A stretch of 61,906 nt of DNA, filler included, from Catajapyx aquilonaris (lineage: Eukaryota), in NCBI GenBank assembly GCA_000934665.2. It is 2 parts of 2 records of this genome, joined end to end, with 100 filler letters (N's around TTAATTAATTAA, not from the genome) between each part and the next. Parts side by side here need not be neighbours in the genome. Positions count along the whole stretch, not along the records: positions 30,985 to 61,906 come from JYFJ02004613.1; 1 more part is not named here. One strand, 5' to 3'. Position numbers and translations under genes: made by a program. A model generated the notes under the pieces. The model was not told where the DNA came from. It made no database searches and worked only from the letters and a program-made list of their open reading frames with translations. Of the stretch, positions 53,201 to 61,906 are shown piece by piece. The first letter of the stretch is position 1; the number at the start of each line of letters is the position of its first letter.

Positions 53201-56200
53201 AGTAAAGAGATGAATTTATTGCTTTTAGGTTTTAGCCGGTGAGTCTCGAATTAGTCTGGAGGATGCTGATGACCTGGGATCAACGCCCCTTCACCTGTCG
53301 TGTCAGAGAGGTCACCTGCGGGTGGCCAGGCAGCTGCTGGAGTGGGGCTGCAGGGTGGGGCCAAGGGACTGCCGCGCCTCAACTCCTCTTCACCTGGCTT
53401 CCATGGGGGGTCATCAGGAGGTTGCCGACTTGCTTCTGGGGGCAAGGGCTGACCCAGCGGCCAGGGACCAGGTTGGGAAAAGGCCGTGCGACCTTGCGCA
53501 AGAGCAAGGTAACATGCAACGGATTTCTTTCCTCTTCTTCATTATGTGGTCGCACCACAGGCAGAAGTTGAGATGCAAAATGTGAGTTGAATTGTAATTG
53601 TTACTGTTCTAGGTTGGGTTGGACTTGCAAGGAGTTTGGCAAAAGGAGTTGGAGGGAACATCGCAAAATCAGATGAAGGGGATGAGGGATCAATCCTCCA
53701 GCTCCATGCGGCAGTAAAGGAGGGGAAGGTTGGGGCCGTCAGGAGGCTGCTGGAGGAAGGGGAGGACCTCAACGAGCAGGATGCCAGTGGGAACTGTGCA
53801 CTCCATCTGGCAGCACTCTTCGGACACAGGCAAATGGTAACTAGAGAACATGGCAGGCTTACTATCTGATTGATTGACAGTGTGGTTGAGATGGAAGGAG
53901 TCCCTTCAGGATGAATGGCAGTGACAGAAATCAGTCCACATAACTAACGCACTTATGTTTTATTCAGGTGTTTCACCTCCTTCGGTGTGGGGCCAACCAG
54001 ACCTTGCACAACAACTGTGGCAACACTGCTGCCCACCTAGCTGTCCTGCACAACCACCCGTCCATCTTGGGGCTTCTCTCTCGGCACGACCAAAATGCCT
54101 TCCTGTTCCAAGTCAACTCACAGAACGAGGAGGGCTGCACCCCGTTACACTATGCTGTCATGGGATCAACGACACCCGCGTCTGTGTCTGAGCATGACAA
54201 GAAGCCAGCCGCTGCTCCAACCATGCGCAACAATGGTGCTCCAACCGCAATGGAGGCCTTACTGCAGGACAGGCCCAGCAGGGTAAGAATCAATGCTCGC
54301 AATGCTCAGGGTTACACTGCTCTGCACCTTGCTGCATTCAGGAAGGCCAAAAGTGAGGCAGAGATTCTCCTGAAGCACCTGGGTGATCCCCGGTGTATTG
54401 TTGATGGCGACATGACAGAAGAGCTCATAGAAGATGGTATGCCCGTGTTGGTGCCACTAATGGAAGGTCAAAAGGTTAGGCTGGAGGAAGAATACACGCA
54501 AGTTGGAATGCCAGTTGATGCGCTATTCCGGGCCCTGTACAGCGAGCGGGATGACCTCTTTTTGTACCTTCTTTCAAAGGGCATTGTGGTGCCGACAATG
54601 GGCAGGGGCACTGGGGAAAGGGGTCGCCTTGGTAGTCTCAGTGGGTGGAAGGGAAGAGGCAGAGGAAGTGTTGACGGGGTGTTGAGGGCCAGGGGTGGTG
54701 CCAGCTTTGAGATTGTCCAACCCTGGAGTAAAGGGGAGGAGCTGAACCAGAGCGATGGCCGCTACACACTCCTGCAACTGGCCAGCCTGCTGGGGATGGA
54801 CACCTGTGTTGATGCATTGTTGAGAGCAGGTGCTGATCCCAATGGTGTGTCTGAGGTGTGTCCATTGACGCCCCTACTGTTGGCTGCTTCTTGGGGTCAC
54901 CATCGCGTCCTTGCAAGCCTCCAGGGTTGCAGACGCGTCCGCATGCATGAGACCACTGCTACTGGCGAGAACATTCTTCACATATTGGCTAAAGGCATCC
55001 ACAACACAGTCAAGGAGCAGAGCTTTTTCTCACAGTATGACCTTGACCCGGAACGGCAGGACTTTGATGCTAGCATGCAGCAGGTGCTCACTGGACTCGA
55101 GTCGAAAGGAAGTTTCCCGTTTTATGTTAATGACGAGGATGCAGATGGCTGCAGTCCACTTGTGGTGGCAGCTACTCACCGCTCTTCTGCATCTGTGGTC
55201 CACCTCCTGGCCCAAGGAGCTGACCCATGGCAGACTGACCCAACAGGTCGGCAGGCCGTTGACAAGATTCCAGCTCGCACACTCAACACCTACTTGGACA
55301 GGTGCATTCAGTTGTCTGAAAAGAGCCATCATCCACGTGTGCTCGTCAACTTTTCACTGCTGCGTCCCCCAAGTGAAGGTCCTGATGAGTCTCAACGGTT
55401 AGAGCTCTTCCGGACTTCCCACAAGCACCGACAACTTCTGAAACACCCTGTGTTTGCCACGTTCCTTCAGCTGAAATGGTATTGCCTACGCGGCTGCTTT
55501 TGGGCCAATCTTCTCCTGTACCTGGTGTTTGAGGTTGCATGGTCCACCCACGTTGTCTTGCAGCTTAAAGGCTACAACAAAGGTAACCCAGGTGAGACAA
55601 TTGCTTCTGTCTTCACCATTTGCAGCCAAGCTGCCCTTGCTTTTTTGGTCATACGTGAAACATGTCAGTTTTTGGGCGCTCCTAAGCGGTACTTCCTCAG
55701 CCTCGAGAACTGGATGGAATTGGGTATTATTGGTTGTGCAACTACTGATTTTATATTGGACTCGGTTGGGAGTAAAATGGATGACATTGCAGTCATTGGC
55801 CTGTTGTTGAGTTGGGTTGAGCTAGTCCTACTGATTGGTCGCTTCCCAGCTTTAGCCCGCTACATTGAAATGTTCTCCGCTGTTCTTAAGAACTACTTGA
55901 GTTTTCTGGTTGTGTTTGCTGCGTTAATTATTGGGTTTGTCCTGTGTTTTCATCTGACACTTGGACGCACTTGCACAAAGCCAGAAGATCCAGCAGAGCA
56001 ACCTGATTGCTTTTTCAAGTTGCCTGAACTTATTGGCCTGAAGACAACAGTGATGATGATTGGTGAGCTGGAATTCCACGACGCCAACCTGGACACCCCA
56101 ACAACGCGGCTGCTGTACCTCTTGTTCCTCTTCCTTGTCGTCTTGGTACTCATGAATCTCCTGAATGCACTGGCTGTCAGTGACACTCAGGAAATTGCAG

Positions 56201-56823
56201 AACAGGCTGAACTCTACGGGCTTCTCTCTCGCATCGAGCTGGTCTGCTACATCGAGTCTTTCTTCTCGTGGCTGGAACGTTGGCGATTTGGCAGATTCCA
56301 GTGGGGTAAATGGCTGTGGAGAAAATTCAGAGGCGGAGTCCTCCTGTTTCCAAGGCTTCCGAGAGGGACTGTGAGCATTGATCTGTCCAACGGGCGGGTT
56401 GGGGTTGTGGGTGGGAGTGGTAAGTCCACTGTTGAGCTTGGTTGGAGGCTCAGGAAGGAGGTGGTTGAATCCCTGAGGGAGTTGGTGGAGGCGAAGCAGA
56501 AGGAAGAGGAGGAGAGCAAGGAAAAGGGGGGTGCCAGGGAGCTGAGGAGGGAAGTGAAGGCTCTTCAAGAACCAATGCTGGAGCTGCAGGAGGACCTGGA
56601 GGACGGACTGGAGCTCCTGGATCGGAAGCTGGAACAGCTTATGTGTGCCCCCTCATTCCTGAAGGAAGGAGAGATGGGACAGGGAGAGGGGCACTGGGTG
56701 GTTCAGGATTTTGGTCCACGGCTGGACAGGCTGGAAGATCAATTCATGAACCTCAGGAACGACCTGCAGCACCAGCTTGGACTCATGCTGAGTGTTCTGC
56801 AAGCTCTCAAGGATTCTGCCTAA
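47279..56823 (+). CDS. TRPA-family cation channel, Painless-like pore region, with very long ankyrin-repeat N-terminus, ~1710 aa, 8 coding exons
   Basis: Exons 47279-47413, 48285-48581, 48651-48861, 48936-49275, 49381-50170, 53229-53508, 53613-53836 and 53968-56823; all GT-AG and phase-consistent, 5133 nt in total. Many TPLH/TALH ankyrin repeats, pre-S1 LLKHPV..FLQLKW, six hydrophobic segments, pore KTTVMMIGELEF, S6/TRP-like LMNLLNALAVSDTQEI..QAEL (recalled Painless signature LNGLAVSDTQ...AEL) and a C-terminal coiled coil. An in-frame TGA at 47273 precedes the ATG. Confidence 0.88.
50548..52539 (-). CDS. Divergent ionotropic receptor (IR, variant iGluR), intronless, ~663 aa, nested antisense in the TRPA intron
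   Basis: Single ORF from accATGG with a signal-peptide-like N-terminus; S1 NGTWLGYIGEL..GHAD; M1 WPYSAQVWLCIL; M3 RTFLAFWLFLAMVITCGYQEAVFSFVAIP; last TM PLTKEKLYGPFGLVVAGWVISILAFWYE; AATAAA at 50475-50480 (-). Confidence 0.9.
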   Translation of the reverse strand: MAAFQYISLAYILISFCASQELLSVQLTADFLTNIMAQALPTCSLVLVHDFIQLPEPFQHLLRNLSEEDRFSMAFQAPEHFQIPKHQSVRELWDLYERKKTSGGDCVVHFLTSNTVDGFRRLSLHHAFSIRAQAFRDYFVVWTRQEPSPQALQLDVAAGWKFKVALQPSHQSIKLYTICFYCDNGNPTRMFLGTHPLPPNTKLFPDMTWNLNKKNMRMPFIKKVTSEGVEKMIQEKGFWKLESFIMAAHELGKNFNFGWEAYPKDITPEEIYMSRMSNGTWLGYIGELIKGHADSIVALYQADSMTHVNFAFPFFYTGFSFTRAHAGPVWSWQTIFWPYSAQVWLCILFGTAIGILSAWLLLRRRSLFDPDWEGPPSPLAYVCQYLLQSFLEQLPNREVPAGDAFRTFLAFWLFLAMVITCGYQEAVFSFVAIPRKEVLPVTFAELLDMEYEIGAENINGLAYAVFLRDLDLPLHQTIKERMVLYSTYDECITRCSQTKAACLGVQNFLKLKLLMFTDLLGRIQYFDKTEVAINIYSGLAYLKDFPSFMAFSQGMSYMFEGGFFQQYMDMEGYMNLLQSVHNFEANAADSNMGDDEEEEGKPLTKEKLYGPFGLVVAGWVISILAFWYESAKNAVVSCLSTCRTTSATLEAPSVTDPSMTFLP

Positions 56824-57351
56824 TTAGGTACTCGTGGATGAAGTTGTAGATTATTCTACAGGGCCAGTCAGAATGCCTCAAAAGTTTCTTAAAAACTGAC
56901 ATCTACTTTGGCTTCTTTTTTTTTGCAGTATTGCGTTGTATAAACCCAGAGATTTTATTACAGTGATGTCGGCTGTGTAGAATTGTTTTTACTTGTTTTC
57001 CTATAGAGGAAACTTGACTCATTCGCATACCAGAGAGGAAGGATTATTCTCATATTATTAAGACGCAGGAAAGATTCTCCATGTGAAAGTTGAATTCGAA
57101 TGGCTCGAATTTTTCCTGCCCCTCTCTCTTCATTCCTAATCATTTCTGTGATTCCAGTTTTGAAAGTTCCACTACAATAATATTAAGTGCCCAGTAAGAG
57201 CCATAATTATATGGCAACTAGGTTAAGATATTGGCGTGTGTCATTATAAACAAATGTGTGAGAGTGTGTTTTAGTGTGTGTTAATGTCACACAACTGTGA
57301 ATTCAGAAGGGGTGTAGTTCGGTAGTATTTTGCAACAATTCTACATCAAAT

Positions 57352-57357
57352 AATAAA
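57352..57357 (+). terminator. Candidate polyadenylation signal (AATAAA) of the TRPA gene
   Basis: AATAAA ~530 nt after the stop, followed by T-rich sequence. Confidence 0.4.
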
Positions 57358-60300
57358 CCTATCTTTTTACTGACTTAGACATTCCAGCATTGTACTGTAC
57401 CTGCGCATTAGCAGTAGTACCTTATCAAGTAATGCAAGCTAATGAAAATCTTTGCTGCCAATTTACTTACATTTTATATGCAACTGAAGTGGTTCAAACC
57501 TGTTGAGAAAACCCAAAGAAAATTGCATGTTACTGATTTTGTTATTCGCGAAACAATATTTGCTCCTAGTGGTGTTGTTGACATAAATTATGTTACTGTC
57601 CGTATGACACTCAAAAAGTATTCTCACTGATGTCACTCTTCATGTTGTAACGATGAGTGCCTTTTTCTGTGGGATACTGCAAATGCCCAGTTAAGAAGTA
57701 CACCGGTGCTGATGCATCTCTGATGCAGTAATACTACGTATAGGTATAGTAAAGACAAATGGCTACATGAGCATGGAGCCAGGCTCTGGTTGATGTTCCA
57801 ACCCATGAGTTTCACTTAAGTGTTGTACTGTTTGTTTCATGTGTACTATAATTGCTTTAATTTCTGTACCTGATGTTTTGTTTATTAGATACTATTACTC
57901 TTGCGAGCAGTGTAATACAATATGCTGCACTAGAGAGTCAGAGGGGTGTACATTTTTGGTTATATTACATCTGCCTGGTATTGTAGTGGTACATTGTAGA
58001 TACTCCAGCCACAAGTGTTGAAGTCAGGTTTCTGAAAGGCCTGCAGGACCAATGTTTTCGAGAGGGACAGGTGAATGTAAATCTCACAGACCTCCGCATG
58101 AGGCCTCTGTCCCCAGACTTGATTGATAATGCAATTCCATTTATCAGGCCCATGCATGCACAGACTTCTCACTGTGCGTTGCATTCCAATGATTTTGTGC
58201 CACAGCCACGAGTCAGATGCTCAGTGCAGATGCATTCCAGTGGGTTCTCTTGGGGGGAGTCAAGTCAAGGAATGCATAGCCTGTACCAAACATTTGTAAT
58301 ATTTGTTATCTTGCAGTCAGTATGACATGCTGATGACAGTTGCCATTATACAAATGATTTGCCAAAATGAAGTGTGCCACTAATAGTGTATATCATCTAA
58401 AATTGTGCTGGTGTCTGTTATGACATAATTGATATTCGCTCTAAGCAGTAACAATTCTGCTTTGCCACAGTTACTTATGTAGAAGTAAATAGCAGGGAGT
58501 TGTGTGAACATTATTTTACAATACCTTTTGGTCGTAAGATGATGTTTTGTGCCAGGATGGGATGAGTTTCAAATTCCTAGGTGTTTACAACAGTTAAAAC
58601 ATAATGTGCCATACTTTCATGAGAATACTAAAAATATATAATTATTAAAGATACCAGTTCAGAGTACATGCATCTGGATGCGTAACTTTTTTAAACTCAC
58701 TTGCAGCTCAGATTATACTAGCATGTTTACAGATCGGGGAAATATTTTCTGTAATCATTGACGTATATTTTAGAAAGCTAGGAGGTCAGGAGAAAGTGTC
58801 AAGATGCACACTGTGGGTTGTAAGTTGCAAGCCCTTTGCACCTACCACATATGTCAATAAAAAAATTGCACTGCTAACTGCTCTGAGAACATGCCACTTT
58901 GTGCATATAGATCTGGGGTTGGTGCAATGGGAATGCAACTTGCACAGGGCGTCTGCTCTACTGCCCTTAATTCCATTGCATCTGCGCAAATATTGTCGTC
59001 CATGTGTAACGTTTCATGTTGAGTGGGGCAATAATGAGGAATATTTTTATATTTGATTTAGCTTCTTTCTTCACATGTTGCTTGTTCAGCCTCAGTTGTA
59101 CGTTGCAGTGGAACTCTGAAGTGCTATTTATATTGCAGTACACGCCTTACTCAGTCACTTAAACGATGAATGCAATAGTTAAAATAGTATTTTATGAGTA
59201 AGTTTGAGAGACTTGTAATATGGATTACGAAAAGGGTGCAGGTGTCGACTTGAATGGCCCGTGTCTCTCTTATTATGTGATGCAAGTTGGGGGAGATTCA
59301 AATAATTGCCAAACTCCCAAAATGTCAATTTTTGTGGAGGAAAAAAACTAAAAGTTATCTGGGGGGGGGGGGNGGGACAGCATTGTGATGTAGGGGAGAC
59401 TGGGGCACAGTGGTCCTGTAATCCATTTAAAAAATCATAAAGTAATCCATTCCTAAATAATATTCCTACTGTTCATTCCCGAAGAACAATTATTATTCAA
59501 GTGTTGTTTCACCCAACGCCACAGACAATAATAATGACAAATAAATGATAATATGAATTATGCCAAGTGTGTTCTCCTTCACTGATTCCCATGACAAAAC
59601 ATAAAAAATGAAAGCTCTTATTTCCTTTCACTTTCTGTTGCTCCCATGGTCCCAGTGCTGTACCGTGCGCCATAAACTACACGTCAGATTAATGGGCCTA
59701 AGCTGACAAGGAAAGGTCGCAGCATGTAAATAATGGAGTTGCTTAATGAAACTTGGCACTATAATAGAGGCTGCAGGCAAAGCTATTTTGGTCTGGGTTG
59801 TTCCATGGTTCCCAATATATTTTCTGGCTCACTGGTAAAGTGGCAGTTTGGTGTGGAAATATCATTTTAAGTGACCTTGCATAATTATGGAGCCCTGCCT
59901 TTCTGGAAATATATTGGCTAAAATGTCAGGAGGATTGACCGTGGAGAGGGTGGAAATAGAGATCAAATTGGCTCATTTTTATTATCGGTGGTCGCTTTCG
60001 CATTGATCCAGTGCTCCTTTTCTTCTTTCGTAAGGCATTTGTGGAGCAACATTTCCTGCCAAGCGTACAGTGCTCAGGCTGTCATTACCATAATTGAGCA
60101 GTTTTGGTGGGCTCCCCAGGTTTTCAGAGATATCGTTGCCTAGGTGACACTATGATTTGACAAGTGATATAAGTACAAAAGTGTCACAAAATTACTTATG
60201 CAATTTCAAATGGTTATAAACAGATGACAGATGCATACATAAAACTTCTGGAACGTACATTTCAACATACTTTTTTTTTTTTCTTCGCAAGTGTTTAATT

Positions 60301-61810
60301 GCGTTTCCCCTGTGACATTACCCAATAGTTTCAGTCCCAGTATATAGTCTTGCAGAATTTTTCTGACCTTGGGCCTCTTCTTTTTATTTTCTTTTTTTTT
60401 TGTATGTGCTGTGAAATTGCTTACCTCGGCAGAATATATTGACTGAACCCGACAGGCTTGTAACTCAGGAGGGGCTAATAACTAAACACACAATTAGTAC
60501 TAGTAAGGTGCTAATCCCCAATTTGAAATAACCTAGTGCGGTGCTTGTTTAGTTCGCATTAATTTATTTTTTAAAAATAGGTAGAGGTCAATATTGGCGT
60601 TAGAGTCATGTTAGGTTATGTGACCATTTTACGAGCAGTGTTTCTGATCACACAGCTGGTGAAACATTTAGTAATAGTCTGATCATCACCTCTATTTTTT
60701 TCAGAGCAGGATGAGCTTATCTTTAAATCATAATGATTTATCATCCCCGAGCAGGAAATTCATCAAAATAGTTCAAGTGTGTTTCACAGTCAGGGTTACG
60801 GAAAGAGTAATGCCTCAACATACCAGGAATACTAACGGTGATTCAGTTTGCCACTCCCATTGACGTCTCACTGGGAGCATTTTCGTGCTTGCTATCAATG
60901 TAGTGCACGTACCTTTTGATGCCAGCAATGGTAGTAGGTGAAGGAGAAAGATTAGATAAGTGATCACAATCACACCAAGCATAATATGCTGCTAACAATC
61001 ATACATTGCTTGGACTTTTTTAGAAGGAATGACAGCAGTTTAATTCAGCATGACTCATTACATATCCTTAAATCAGTATAATTAATAGACACTTTTTGCA
61101 AAAGTGCTAGTAAATCTGGTGTGCCAGATAATAATACAAGCAAAAATGTGCAAAAATTGACATAATTATGCTGACTGTTACTGAGTTAGCCAGAGTGAAG
61201 TGGCAGCTTGCTTGCTTGTTTGTTGCCCCCAATGAGATTATGCCTAAGCTAGATCTAAGAGAGCACAGTCTCAGTCAAAGTCCGAGAATGATTGGGCACC
61301 ATATCTTGAATTTATCTACACGCTTTTTACTTAACCAAAAGGAGTTTGCCAAGCAAGGCTGCAAATTATCTGAGGAGGATGACTTATGCATGTTGCCATC
61401 CTGATGGTGGGCAAAGTCCCAGTTCACACTCGAAGGGTTTCCCTTGTTAATCAGCCTAATTCCTTCAAAATAAACTTGCGAAAACATGCCTTGGCCTACA
61501 GAATGATCCAAAAGAAATGCAGCTTTATTTAATAGCCTCTATGTGCATAGGCATTGATCAATATTTTGCACACATTTCCAGAGTATTTGTAACTCTTGTT
61601 CAGACAGTTTTGTAGGTTATTAAGCAGAAGCAACTGTGGATTTCTGCAGTGTAATGTAGACTTCATATAATTACGTTTGCTGTTTTTTTCCCCCCTTCTG
61701 ACAATGAGATTTTGTTTCCTCACCAGATATCTGCATGATGCAAAGTATAACGCTGTAAAATTAATGTGATGCAACTTTTCAAAGTGTATCTTATTCTGAT
61801 TAAAGAAACA

Positions 61811-61896
61811 CTAGGAAAATCCTCGCTCCGCTCGCCTTTTCCTAGGGCGCAGGCCTAGAAAACCACTCGCTTCGCTCGCTGTTTTCTAGGCCTGCG
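61811..61896. repeat. Double hairpin with repeated CTCGCT(C/T)CGCTCG loops; probable end of a repetitive element
   Basis: Stem 1 ctaggaaaa/ttttcctag (61811-61819/61837-61845); stem 2 cgcaggcctagaaaac/gttttctaggcctgcg (61848-61863/61881-61896). Confidence 0.7.
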
Positions 61897-61906
61897 GCCT
61901 GCTGTG

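Overview
Eukaryotic, intron-containing genomic DNA from an arthropod, probably a pancrustacean (inferred from a divergent ionotropic receptor, a Painless-type TRPA and DRE motifs). It is a draft scaffold with a 100-bp gap (30885-30984) carrying a TTAATTAATTAA linker. From left to right: (1) the 5' coding exons of an Rbfox1/A2bp1-like gene on the minus strand, spread over more than 20 kb of intron. These include a 15-nt GVYYP exon with GTG where insects have the MYYP start ATG, a 63-nt frame-preserving candidate cassette exon and a 162-nt HMVQTGM exon; the RRM exons lie off the left edge. (2) A 5'-truncated RTE-type LINE reverse-transcriptase fragment, two small MITEs and a diverged ~0.65-kb tandem duplicate rich in promoter motifs. 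(3) A complete 10-exon SEC14L2-like CRAL-TRIO+GOLD gene (-). (4) PRMT1-like (-), head-to-head across a DRE-containing promoter with (5) a ~1710-aa Painless-type TRPA channel (+). The channel has about 25-29 ankyrin repeats in three modules and a predicted N-myristoylation start. (6) An intronless divergent ionotropic receptor nested antisense in intron 5 of the TRPA gene. All gene models were assembled by hand from splice signals and reading-frame continuity. Family assignments rest on recalled motifs, not database searches.
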